Source of the DNA: Caldilineales bacterium
Lineage (GTDB): Bacteria; Chloroflexota; Anaerolineae; J102
Direction of reading: 5' to 3'
DNA length: 64,000 nt
NCBI GenBank assembly: GCA_037443945.1
Contig: JBBINH010000005.1
Span: 36,538-100,537 of the forward strand
The position numbers were made by a program, and so were the translations under genes. Shown piece by piece: positions 45,644-54,702 of the stretch. Position 1 is the first letter of the stretch. Each line of letters opens with the position of its first letter. The notes beneath the pieces were generated by a model that worked only from the letters and a program-made list of their open reading frames with translations, was not told where the DNA came from and did no database searches.

Positions 45644-46519
45644 TTAGTGGAAGGGCGAGGCCGAATGTTCCTCGCCCAGGTAAGCATCGATCACATCGGG
45701 ATTGCTCCGTATTTCGTCCGGACTGCCTTCGGCAATCTTCTGGCCGAAGTTGAGCACGGCCACCCGGTCGCTGATATCCATGACGACACCCATATCATGC
45801 TCGATCAAGACCAGGGTCACCCCATGCTCTTCGTTGATATCGAGGATGAAGCGGGCGATATCTTCTTTTTCTTCGGTGTTCATCCCGGCCATGGGTTCAT
45901 CCAACAGGAGAATGGACGGCCGTAGGGCCAAAGCCCGTCCCAATTCCACCCGCTTTTGCAGGCCGTAGGGGAGTTCGGCCACCGTTTTATGACGAATCGC
46001 TTGGATCTCCAACAACTCGATGATGTCTTCCACAAAGCGCCGAAAACGCATTTGTTCGCGCTGCGCCGGTCCCCAATAGACCATGCTGGCCAATAAATGG
46101 CTGCGCATGTGGATATGCGCGCCGGCCAGCAGGTTGTCGAGCACCGTCATATGCCGGAACAATTCGATATTCTGAAAGGAGCGGGCCACCCCTAAGCGGG
46201 CGATTTCGTGCGGCTTAAGGCGGGTTAGATCGTGTTCGGCCCCGTTCTGATAGAGCAGGATGCGGCCCCGTTGCGGGCGGTATAAGCCGCTGATGCAGTT
46301 GAGCAAACTGGTTTTACCGGCGCCGTTGGGCCCGATAACGGCAAAAATCTCCCCCTGGTTTATCTGGAGGCTGACTCCGACCAGAGCCGTTACCCCGCCA
46401 AAGGTCAGCCGGATGTTTTCGATGCGCAGTTGCACATCGCCTGGGGCTAAGGTCGCCCTGTTGAGAGGACTCTGAAAGCCACGCTGCATAGCCCTTTCTC
46501 CATATGATGGTTCCGACAC
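45644..46519 (-). CDS. branched-chain amino acid ABC transporter ATP-binding protein LivG-like
   Basis: GPNGAGKTS is the Walker A motif and LLDEPMAGMN the Walker B motif. The LivG-type C-terminal extension is present. Confidence 0.85.
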   Translation of the reverse strand: MSEPSYGERAMQRGFQSPLNRATLAPGDVQLRIENIRLTFGGVTALVGVSLQINQGEIFAVIGPNGAGKTSLLNCISGLYRPQRGRILLYQNGAEHDLTRLKPHEIARLGVARSFQNIELFRHMTVLDNLLAGAHIHMRSHLLASMVYWGPAQREQMRFRRFVEDIIELLEIQAIRHKTVAELPYGLQKRVELGRALALRPSILLLDEPMAGMNTEEKEDIARFILDINEEHGVTLVLIEHDMGVVMDISDRVAVLNFGQKIAEGSPDEIRSNPDVIDAYLGEEHSASPFH

Positions 46520-46793
46520 TATAACGCAGTCGGCGCTAACAAAGCGTTAACGGCGGCGTTAAGGGGATGTCGTTTTGTCGGCAATCCCCAACGAAACGCA
46601 GGAAGACTCGAACGGTTGAACGTTTGCCGACTCCGGGAACCGCCCTGGAAAGCCTACGACACATCCGTTTTTCGTTTCCTGTCTCCTCAAGGTACGGAAT
46701 GTAGCGTATCGGCAATCTCCGGCAGAAAAACAGACCCTCCCGAAGGCGTAGATAAGGAGTGGAAGCCTCCTGTCCCTTGTCACGGCTGCCGGA

Positions 46794-48803
46794 GTGATTT
46801 ATACTCCCATAAGATGCTTTGCCTACCGGCCGCCCCTTGCCAGGGCATGCTTTATGGAAATCCTTCGAATCATCGCCTCCCTTCGCCCTTTTGTGCAGAG
46901 ACCAGGGACGCGCAGGTCTACCTCGGGTTTTGCCCGCCTTTCGGCGCAGCAATTGGCCGAGCGACTTTGCCTGTTGCGGTGGTTGACGGCGCCGCTGGTC
47001 TTTATCCTGGCGGCCCTTCATGAATGGGCGGGTCGGAGTCTGGCTTTTTATGTACCCTTGCCCTGGCGCGCGTTTACCGAGTTGGCCGTCTTTGGGCTAA
47101 CCGGGAGCATCGTGACCTGGTTGGGGTTGAGCTGGTTGGCCGCCGCCATCGGGCGCTATGCCACTGCCGAAGCGCAACTGCGTAAGGTCTATACCGAATT
47201 GGAGACCAGTCACCAGCAGTTGCTTCGCCTTCAGGATTGGGGCCAACGCATTGCGACCGCCGAAAACGAAGAGGCCATTCTGGAATTGGCCGCACAGGCG
47301 CCTTTGCAACTGACCGAGGCACGCGCAACGTCCATTGTGACCTTCGATCCGGAAAAGAACCGGCTCAAGTTGGACATGGCCTGGGGTCTGAGTGAACGCT
47401 ATTTGCACCGTCTTCGCGCCCAACTGGAGCAAGGCATTGACGCCGATCGTTGCCGTAATTGCACGGCGCTGAAAACCCAGGTCAAGGCCGATTGCCCCCT
47501 TTTCGTAGGCGTTCGTGAACTTGCCCAAGCCGAGGGGATCGGCTCGATGGCTTGTCTTCCTTTGAGCCATAACCGGGAACGTGTGGGCATTCTTTCGGCC
47601 TACTTTTCTTCGAGCGAGGGACCCCCGTCGGACCAGGTGCAGCTGCTCAACATCCTGGGAGGCGCTATCGTGGCGATGCTGGAGAGCGCTCGCCTCCGTA
47701 CCCGCCAGATCCGGACCCTTTATGCCCTGGATCAGGCGACCACGATAAGCCATACCTTGGGACAATTTACCGGCCAGGTTCTGGACATTCTGCTGAGCGG
47801 ATGGGAGGCCACGGTAGGCGGAGTGTTCTTCTATCAACCCGAAACCCAAACCTGGACATGTCAGGCGACCCGTGGGTTGGACTCGGATTGGAATCACCCC
47901 TTTTATCAACTGGCGCTGGATTTGGTCCACCAGGCTCAGGTTCGGGGTGTACCGGTCTTTATGGAGGAAACGGCCATAGCACAACAACACGGCTTGCTCT
48001 CGGCGGTGGCTATTCCTCTCGTGATCGAAAGCCGTGTGATGGGGGCGATCTTCCTGGGTGCGCATCGCCATCATGCTTTCCACGAAGGCCAACTCGATCT
48101 GTTGCGCACCGTTGCCCATCAGACTGCCCTGGCCATCCACCAGGCCCAGCTTTACGAACGTCTGGAACAAATGGGGATTCTGGAGGAACGGTATCGCCTG
48201 GCCCGGGAGATCCATGATGGCCTGGCCCAGACCCTCTCCTATGTGAGTTTGCAGACCGAGCGCTTGCAGACCTTGCTGGCCGGCGGGCGCCTTGAAGCCG
48301 CTCAAGACGAGCTGAGCGAGTTGCGCCGGACCGTGCGCGCGGCTTACATCGATGCCCGCGAAGCCATCGATGGACTGCGGCTCAACGTGGAAAAAACGGA
48401 AGATTTCGTCGAACGTCTATGCACCTATGTGGGGGAATTCGGTCGCCAAAGCGGCCTCACCGTCCTCTGCACCGTCGAATCGCCCACACCTTACGCTCCC
48501 GACCCCGTCACCAGCCTGCATCTATTGCGCATCGTCCAGGAAGCGCTGACCAATGTCCGCAAACACGCGGGGGCAACACAGGTTTGGGTCAATCTGCGCT
48601 CCGCCGAGCAGGAATGGGAATTGAGTATCACCGATAACGGCCGTGGGTTTCCCGTCCCCTCGGTGCCTGCGCATCGGCGTAGCCATGGTCTGGCCATTAT
48701 GCGTGAGCGTGCGCAGGCCATCGGTGGAAGTCTGACCATTGCCACCGGCCCAGGACAGGGAACACGGGTCATTGTCCGCATCCCGTACGAGCGTAAAGGA
48801 TGA
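46794..48803 (+). CDS. sensor histidine kinase with N-terminal TM segments, GAF domains and NarL-type HisKA_3/HATPase_c
   Basis: REIHDGLAQTLSY is the H-box of HisKA_3. RIVQEALTNVRKHAGA...DNGRGF belongs to the ATPase domain. GAF-like blocks lie upstream. The start may be the internal MEILRII at 46854. Confidence 0.8.
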   Translation: MIYTPIRCFAYRPPLARACFMEILRIIASLRPFVQRPGTRRSTSGFARLSAQQLAERLCLLRWLTAPLVFILAALHEWAGRSLAFYVPLPWRAFTELAVFGLTGSIVTWLGLSWLAAAIGRYATAEAQLRKVYTELETSHQQLLRLQDWGQRIATAENEEAILELAAQAPLQLTEARATSIVTFDPEKNRLKLDMAWGLSERYLHRLRAQLEQGIDADRCRNCTALKTQVKADCPLFVGVRELAQAEGIGSMACLPLSHNRERVGILSAYFSSSEGPPSDQVQLLNILGGAIVAMLESARLRTRQIRTLYALDQATTISHTLGQFTGQVLDILLSGWEATVGGVFFYQPETQTWTCQATRGLDSDWNHPFYQLALDLVHQAQVRGVPVFMEETAIAQQHGLLSAVAIPLVIESRVMGAIFLGAHRHHAFHEGQLDLLRTVAHQTALAIHQAQLYERLEQMGILEERYRLAREIHDGLAQTLSYVSLQTERLQTLLAGGRLEAAQDELSELRRTVRAAYIDAREAIDGLRLNVEKTEDFVERLCTYVGEFGRQSGLTVLCTVESPTPYAPDPVTSLHLLRIVQEALTNVRKHAGATQVWVNLRSAEQEWELSITDNGRGFPVPSVPAHRRSHGLAIMRERAQAIGGSLTIATGPGQGTRVIVRIPYERKG

Positions 48804-49465
48804 TCCGGGTTGTCCTGGTTGACGATCACCATTTGTTCCGCGAGGCATTGAGCCGCTTGTTGGCCGATGCGCCGGATATGCATGTCCTGGCCGGTTACAG
48901 CCGCGGGGAGGACCTTCTGCCCCAGGTTCAGGCCCTGCGGCCCGATGTGGTGTTGATGGATGTGAGTATGCCCGGCCTGGGCGGAGTCGAGACAACCCGA
49001 CGCCTGCGCCAGCTTTATCCGGCAGCCCGGATTGTGATGTTGACCGTTTCCGAGCAGGAAGAGGATCTTCTCGCCGCCCTTCAGGCCGGAGCCCGTGGGT
49101 ATATCCTGAAAAACAGTACCGGCGGCGAGTTGATCGAGACGATCCGTCGTGTCTATGCCGGCGAAGCCGTCCTGAGCCCGCCGATGATGGTCAAATTCGT
49201 CGAGGCTGTTGCCGGTTCGGCCATGGCCCAGACCCCCTCTCGGTCTCGCGAGGAACCGCTCACCGCCCGCGAGATGGAGATCCTGCGCTGGGTAGCCCGC
49301 GGGTTGAGCAATAAGGAAATCGGCGCGCGGTTAGGGCTCTCGCCCCACACGGTCAAGGCCCATCTGCGCAGCATTCTCGACAAACTGCATTTGCGCAGTC
49401 GCGCCGAAGCGGCGGCCTGGGCGGTCAGCCACGATCTCCTGAACGATCGCCATCCTCGGTCCTGA
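48800..49465 (+). CDS. NarL/LuxR family response regulator
   Basis: RVVLVDDHHLFREAL...PDVVLMDVSMP is a receiver domain with the conserved Asp residues. The C-terminus has a LuxR HTH (LTAREMEILRWVARGLSNKEIG). An ATGA overlap links it to the kinase gene. Confidence 0.9.
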   Translation: MIRVVLVDDHHLFREALSRLLADAPDMHVLAGYSRGEDLLPQVQALRPDVVLMDVSMPGLGGVETTRRLRQLYPAARIVMLTVSEQEEDLLAALQAGARGYILKNSTGGELIETIRRVYAGEAVLSPPMMVKFVEAVAGSAMAQTPSRSREEPLTAREMEILRWVARGLSNKEIGARLGLSPHTVKAHLRSILDKLHLRSRAEAAAWAVSHDLLNDRHPRS

Positions 49466-49707
49466 GTCGAACGGAGGGGCGTTGCGGGGTAGGCGTGTTA
49501 TGCCGGGGTGGGGCACCGCAAACGGGGGTGTCCCGGCGAGAGAGCGCCGGGCAATGATATGACCCAAAGCAGGGGGTGCCAAACCGGGAAAGCGCCCTAC
49601 CGGATTAATCCTTATGGGGAAGGAGGGCGAAGACTTTTGTTAGCCTTTTGGGGTATCGAATTGTGCCTATAAGAACGAAGACAAATTCGGGTATATAGCT
49701 TACACTG

Positions 49708-50073
49708 ATGAGCGATATGCCTACCCGCGTTCTCCTCGTCGGCCACGGTTTGTTACTCGAAGGGTTGTGCCGACTCCTTGCCGAAACGGACAGCCTCAGC
49801 ATCGTGGCGACGGTGGACAACTGGTCCAAAGCGCAGAAGTGGTTGGCCTGCCAGACGGTCGATGTGGTCCTTGTCGTTACCGAGATCCCTTTGTTCGCCA
49901 TGAGTCTACCGTCGGTCCCGGACGGGGCCGACAGAGTAACCCGAGTCGTTTGCCTGACGATGAGCGCCAATGACCTGACCATCTACACTCCCCAGGTCAT
50001 TCGCAATGTCCGTCGCGAGGAGCTGGTACGGGTGTTGACCGAAGAAGGCTCCTTTGCCGGGAACAAGGCCTGA
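49708..50073 (+). CDS. degenerate receiver-domain protein (pseudo-receiver, no HTH), paralogous to adjacent response regulator
   Basis: RVLLVGHGLLLEGLCRLL...VDVVLVVTEIP parallels the response regulator's VVLVDDHHLFREALSRLL...PDVVLMDVSMP. The acidic pocket (DD to GH) and the phospho-Asp (MD to VT) are replaced. Confidence 0.55.
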   Translation: MSDMPTRVLLVGHGLLLEGLCRLLAETDSLSIVATVDNWSKAQKWLACQTVDVVLVVTEIPLFAMSLPSVPDGADRVTRVVCLTMSANDLTIYTPQVIRNVRREELVRVLTEEGSFAGNKA

Positions 50074-50747
50074 TGAAACGGTACCTGGTCTATGCTCTGA
50101 GCGGTATCGTCTTCCTTTTTGTGTTGGCCGTTTTTGCGTTTGTCCTTTGGCAACCCATTCAGGTGTTACCCCGCATTCGTCTGGCGCCCGCTTTCGCTTT
50201 GCTTGACCAGGATGGACATTGGCTCAGCAACGAAGACCTGCGTGGCCGGATTGTCCTCTACACCTTCACCCATTCCCGCTGTTTGCCTCCCTGTCCCCAA
50301 ACGGCCATGACCTTGAAGGCCGTCCAGGAGCGGCTTCGGCAACAAGACCTGGGAGGGGTTCCCATCACCCTGGTGACCCTTTCCTTCGACCCGGTCCACG
50401 ATACCCCGGCGGTGCTCAAAGCCTATGCCCGGCAGCTTGAAGTCGATGAACGTCAGTGGCGTTTTGTCACCGGCTCCGATCCCAACCGCCTCAAAACCAT
50501 TATCGGCGAGGGTTTTGCGGTGTATTATCAGGCGCGGCCGGATGGCAGTTTTGCCTTCGATCCGGTTTACATCCTCGTGGATGGGTGGGGCATCGTGCGC
50601 GGGGAATATCGATATCGCACGCTAACCCCCGATGTGGATCGGATCGTACGCCATATCGGCGTGTTGGCCCAGGAGATCCGCCGCAGCCGCGGCGCTGCCC
50701 GTCTGGCCTACGAGGCCGCCCATCTTTTCCTCTGCTACGCTCCCTAG
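50073..50747 (+). CDS. SCO1/SenC family copper chaperone (thioredoxin-like)
   Basis: The N-terminus is a TM anchor. CLPPCP is the CxxxC copper-binding motif, and a conserved His is present later in the protein. Confidence 0.8.
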   Translation: MKRYLVYALSGIVFLFVLAVFAFVLWQPIQVLPRIRLAPAFALLDQDGHWLSNEDLRGRIVLYTFTHSRCLPPCPQTAMTLKAVQERLRQQDLGGVPITLVTLSFDPVHDTPAVLKAYARQLEVDERQWRFVTGSDPNRLKTIIGEGFAVYYQARPDGSFAFDPVYILVDGWGIVRGEYRYRTLTPDVDRIVRHIGVLAQEIRRSRGAARLAYEAAHLFLCYAP

Positions 50748-50770
50748 GGAATACCGGGAACGTTCCGCCT

Positions 50771-51349
50771 ATGGTTCGGACCGCCGTCTTGCTCGTTCTA
50801 ACCTTGTTCGTGATCGGTGTGGCCGGTTGTTGGCGTCCCTATACCTTTCACGGCATGGTTATGCAATCACCCCAGCCGGCGCCCGATTTCACGTTGATGA
50901 CCCACCAGGGGCAACCACTACGCCTGAGCGATCTGCGCGGTCGTGTGGTGGTGTTGTATTTCGGCTACACCTTTTGTCCGGATGTCTGTCCGGCTACGCT
51001 TAGCGAATGGGCTAAAGTGATGCGACTCCTGGGCGATAAAGCCGATCAGGTGCAGTTGCTGATGATCACGGTCGATCCGGAACGGGATACGCCTGCCAAA
51101 ATGGCGGATTATGTGCGTCATTTCGATCCGCGCTTTATCGGACTGAGCGGTTCAGTCGATGAGATCGCCCGTATTGCTACGCTATACGGTATTTATTATC
51201 GCAAAAACGAACAAGAAGGTAAGGATTATCTAGTTGATCATACTGCCACACAAACAGTAATAGATAAAGACGGATATATCAAGTTAATCTTTCCGTTTGG
51301 TGCTACTTTTGATGAGATTTTTGCGGATTTGCGATACATGCTACGATAG
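50771..51349 (+). CDS. SCO1/SenC family copper chaperone, second paralog
   Basis: YFGYTFCPDVCP is the CxxxC motif and DHT a conserved block. The gene's 3' end is AT-rich. Confidence 0.8.
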   Translation: MVRTAVLLVLTLFVIGVAGCWRPYTFHGMVMQSPQPAPDFTLMTHQGQPLRLSDLRGRVVVLYFGYTFCPDVCPATLSEWAKVMRLLGDKADQVQLLMITVDPERDTPAKMADYVRHFDPRFIGLSGSVDEIARIATLYGIYYRKNEQEGKDYLVDHTATQTVIDKDGYIKLIFPFGATFDEIFADLRYMLR

Positions 51350-51372
51350 ATTTTTATCAAGGAGGTAAAAGC

Positions 51373-51816
51373 ATGCGACATCTCTCGTTTCTGTTTATTA
51401 TCGCTGTATTTATCTTGTCGGGACTAAGCGCCTGCCAACGAGCCGGTGCTAAAACCATCGTTCTGGAGGAGGTTTGGGGTCGTCCTTCCCCAAAAGCCGC
51501 CGAAAACGGTGCCATTTACATGCGTATCCGTAACACGGGCAAGCAGCCCGACCGCCTGGTCGGCGCCGAATCGCCTGCCTGTGGTATGACCGAGCTGCAT
51601 GAAACCGTTATGGATGCCCAAGGGGTTATGACGATGCAGCCCGTCGGGAGCATCCCCGTCCCGGCCGGCGGGGAGGTGGAACTCAAGGTGGGTGGCTTGC
51701 ATGTGATGTGTATGCACAAACGCGAGGCTTTTCAACCGGGAGCGCGCATCCCGTTAACACTTCATTTCGAGAAGGCGGGCGCTATCACCCTCGAGGTGGA
51801 AATCCGCCAACAGTAG
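51373..51816 (+). CDS. copper chaperone PCu(A)C (DUF461)
   Basis: The protein has a lipoprotein signal LSAC. MTELHE and HVMCMH are Met/His copper-binding motifs typical of PCuAC. Confidence 0.8.
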   Translation: MRHLSFLFIIAVFILSGLSACQRAGAKTIVLEEVWGRPSPKAAENGAIYMRIRNTGKQPDRLVGAESPACGMTELHETVMDAQGVMTMQPVGSIPVPAGGEVELKVGGLHVMCMHKREAFQPGARIPLTLHFEKAGAITLEVEIRQQ

Positions 51817-51831
51817 CACAGGAGGTCCGTT

Positions 51832-51972
51832 ATGAGTCGAGAATCCAAGCAACCATCCGAGTATCCTAAGCCGGTCGGCACCATAGCCTTGATGGTGCTC
51901 TTCTTTCTCCTCATCCTCATTTTGTGGGGGACCGTCTATCTGACGTTGCTTGAGCGAGGTGTAACCCGATGA
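51832..51972 (+). CDS. cbaD: ba3-type cytochrome c oxidase subunit IIa (single-TM, 46 aa); not in supplied ORF track
   Basis: MSRESKQPSEYPKPVGTIALMVLFFLLILILWGTVYLTLLERGVTR has the same pattern as Thermus CbaD (a short charged N-terminus, one TM helix and ...RG at the C-terminus). An RBS CAGGAGG lies 7 nt upstream. The stop overlaps the cbaB start (ATGA). Confidence 0.6.
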   Translation: MSRESKQPSEYPKPVGTIALMVLFFLLILILWGTVYLTLLERGVTR

Positions 51973-52463
51973 GTAGCCATGTCAGACCCCAACTCCACGT
52001 GGATGTCTACGAAAAGCGTTGGCTCTTGATGAGCGTGGGCCTGCTCGTTTTGTTTGTCATCGCCATTAGCCTTAGCAGCTTTGCGTATGGCATCCAGGTT
52101 CCTTCTCCCGAAATGCGGGTGGACCCGAATACGGTGGCTCAGGAAGGCCCATGGGCCCAACCGGGTCTGCGCGAGCTGGCCCCCGGCAAGTACGAAGCCT
52201 ATATGCTGGCCCAAACATGGGCCTTTTTGCCCAACACGATCACCGTTAAGGCCGGTTCCAGCATCACCCTCTACATCACCAGCAAGGATGTTCAGCACGG
52301 TTTCCAACTGGAAGGAACCAATGTCAATCTGATGGTCTTACCCGGCCAAGTATCGAAACTGACGGCGACGTTCAGGCAACCGGGGGAGTATCGTTTTATC
52401 TGTCATGAGTACTGCGGTGTGGGCCATCACATCATGTTCGGTAAAGTCGTAGTCGAACCGTAG
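51969..52463 (+). CDS. cbaB: ba3-type cytochrome c oxidase subunit II (CuA)
   Basis: The sequence aligns with Thermus CbaB along its length, for example VDPNTVAQEGPWA, SKDVQHGFQLEGTNVNLMVLPGQVS and the CuA motif FICHEYCGVGHHIMFG. Confidence 0.9.
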   Translation: MSSHVRPQLHVDVYEKRWLLMSVGLLVLFVIAISLSSFAYGIQVPSPEMRVDPNTVAQEGPWAQPGLRELAPGKYEAYMLAQTWAFLPNTITVKAGSSITLYITSKDVQHGFQLEGTNVNLMVLPGQVSKLTATFRQPGEYRFICHEYCGVGHHIMFGKVVVEP

Positions 52464-52481
52464 AGACGAAGGAGGAAAACC

Positions 52482-54128
52482 ATGAACGAGAAAGCCTATG
52501 CTTCCGACGATAAGATAGCCGCCTGGCATATCGGCATTGCCCTCGTGGCCCTGGCTTTGGGTTCCTGGTTTGGTCCCTTGCAGGCTTGGGAACATGCCAA
52601 GGTCAACTTGTATTCCTATCTGGCCCCCGGGATCCAGAGCTATTACCAGGGGCTGACCCTCCATGCCGTGCTAAATGCCCTGGTATGGACGACCTTTTTC
52701 ATCACAGGCTTTTTCACCTACATCGTTCCCCGTAGCCTGCAGCGCCCCCTGCGCTATCCATGGTTGAACAAGCTGGCGCTGATCGTCATGGTCGTAGGGT
52801 TGGTCATGGCGGCCATTCCCCTGTTGCTCAATCTGGCTACGGTCCTCTACACCTTCTATCCGCCCCTGAAGGCCAATCCGTTCTTCTACATTGGCCTGAC
52901 CCTGGTGGTGGTAGGGTCGTGGATCGTGGGCTATAACCTCTACTTCACCTATGGGGCCTGGCGCCGCGACAACCCCGGTGTGCGCACGCCGTTCCTGGCC
53001 TTTGGCGCCCTGATCACGATGGTCATGTGGCAGATCGCCACGCTTGGGGTAGCGGCCGAAATGTTGGGTATGCTCATCCCCTGGTCGTTGGGCCTGATCC
53101 AGGGCACCGATCCCCAATTGGCACGGACCTTCTTCTGGTTCACAGGCCATCCCCTTGTGTACTTCTGGCTGTTGCCGGCCTATCTCTCCTGGTATGGAAT
53201 GCTGCCCAAACAGGCCGGGGGCAAGATGTTCAGCGATGCCCTGGCCCGGCTGGGGTTCTGGCTGTTCTTGCTGCTCTCGGTGCCATTGGGCTTCCACCAT
53301 CAGTATGTAGACCCCGGTGTGCCGGCGGGCTGGAAGTTCATCCATGCCGTTCTCACCTATTCGGTGGCTTTTCCCAGCCTGATGACGGCGTTTACCGTCG
53401 TGGCTTCGCTGGAGATAGGGGGTCGGGCCCGGGGTGGTAAAGGGCTGTTCGGCTGGATCTTCAAGCTGCCCTGGAAGGATCCCTCCTATGCCGCCCAGAA
53501 TCTGGCCATGATCATCTTTGCTTTTGGCGGCATCGGCGGTCTGACCAATGCCTCGTACAGCGTCAATCTGGTGGTGCACAACACGAGTTGGGTGGCCGGC
53601 CATTTCCATCTCACCGTAGGGACGGCCGTCACCCTGACCTTCATGGGCATCACCTACTGGCTGTTGCCCAAGATGACGGGCAAAGAGCTGTGGAACCGCA
53701 AGCTGGCCCTGGTGCAAAGCTGGCTGTGGTTTTTCGGTATGATCCTCCTGGGGAACGGTCTGCACATTCTCGGTCTGCGCTTCGGCGTGCCGCGACGTAC
53801 CATGTTGGGCGCGGCGCCCTATGCTTCGCCGGAATGGACGCCCTTCCTGATCGAGGTAGCCATTGGCGGTACGCTCCTCTTCCTAAGCCTCCTCGCCTAC
53901 TTTATCAACGTGCTCGGTACCGTCTTCGCCTCACGGCCGTTGAGCAAGCCGGTGGAAATGCCGGTTGCCGAGGCGGTGAGCGAGCCACAACTGACTCCGA
54001 TCTGGCTGGATCGGTGGGTGCCTTGGCTGGCAGGGACAGCCGTTTTGATCGCGCTGGCCTATGGTCCCATGTTGGTTCAGTTGATCGGCCAGGCGCAACT
54101 CACGTCACCCGGTTTTAAGGTGTGGTGA
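52482..54128 (+). CDS. cbaA: ba3-type cytochrome c oxidase subunit I
   Basis: Heme-copper oxidase subunit I, 548 aa and polytopic. It has the conserved His ligands (HPLVYFW and HHQY). Confidence 0.9.
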   Translation: MNEKAYASDDKIAAWHIGIALVALALGSWFGPLQAWEHAKVNLYSYLAPGIQSYYQGLTLHAVLNALVWTTFFITGFFTYIVPRSLQRPLRYPWLNKLALIVMVVGLVMAAIPLLLNLATVLYTFYPPLKANPFFYIGLTLVVVGSWIVGYNLYFTYGAWRRDNPGVRTPFLAFGALITMVMWQIATLGVAAEMLGMLIPWSLGLIQGTDPQLARTFFWFTGHPLVYFWLLPAYLSWYGMLPKQAGGKMFSDALARLGFWLFLLLSVPLGFHHQYVDPGVPAGWKFIHAVLTYSVAFPSLMTAFTVVASLEIGGRARGGKGLFGWIFKLPWKDPSYAAQNLAMIIFAFGGIGGLTNASYSVNLVVHNTSWVAGHFHLTVGTAVTLTFMGITYWLLPKMTGKELWNRKLALVQSWLWFFGMILLGNGLHILGLRFGVPRRTMLGAAPYASPEWTPFLIEVAIGGTLLFLSLLAYFINVLGTVFASRPLSKPVEMPVAEAVSEPQLTPIWLDRWVPWLAGTAVLIALAYGPMLVQLIGQAQLTSPGFKVW

Positions 54129-54219
54129 ACGGACATGCGAAGTCGGGCATCTCCTGCCGAGGTGCCCGCTTCGCGGCTTTCTCGAACTCCCCTCTTCTCT
54201 CAAAAACAGGTAAACTACG

Positions 54220-54621
54220 ATGAAGCCACGCGCTTTTCTCCTCGTTGTTATTCTTTTGGTATTCGCTCTGGCTGCCTGCGGCGGTGGTCAACAAGCCGGT
54301 GGTGGTTCGTCGGCCGAACAAGGTAAGGCGCTCTTCAATCAGGCCACGCTTGGGTCTAACTCGGCTCCGGGGTGCGGCACCTGTCATTCCCTGGAGCCGG
54401 ATAAGGTGATCGTCGGCCCTTCTCTGGCGCATATCGCCACGAGGGCAGCGACGGCCGTACCGGGCATGTCGGCCGAAGCGTTTTTGCGCGACTCCATTGT
54501 GAATCCGAATGCCCACGTGGCTGCAGGATTCACGGCAGGGGTTATGTATCAGTATTATGGCCGGGATCTGAGCGAACAACAAATTAACGATCTGGTGGCC
54601 TTCCTGCTCACATTGCAATAA
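54220..54621 (+). CDS. class I c-type cytochrome (c552-like lipoprotein)
   Basis: LAAC is the lipobox and CGTCH the single heme motif. The axial Met lies in the GMSAEA region. Confidence 0.8.
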   Translation: MKPRAFLLVVILLVFALAACGGGQQAGGGSSAEQGKALFNQATLGSNSAPGCGTCHSLEPDKVIVGPSLAHIATRAATAVPGMSAEAFLRDSIVNPNAHVAAGFTAGVMYQYYGRDLSEQQINDLVAFLLTLQ

Positions 54622-54702
54622 GCCATCACGACCTTATTGCGCTCTGCCCTGGCTCTCGAACCGGGCCTGAGAGCCGGGGCTTTCTTATGGCAAGGAGGAG
54701 GA

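Noticed and set aside
47097-48305. 402-aa antisense ORF opposite the histidine kinase
   Set aside because: The plus strand has the H-box and HATPase motifs. The antisense ORF is featureless.
52671-53765. 364-aa antisense ORF opposite cbaA
   Set aside because: The plus strand encodes a clear heme-copper oxidase subunit I.
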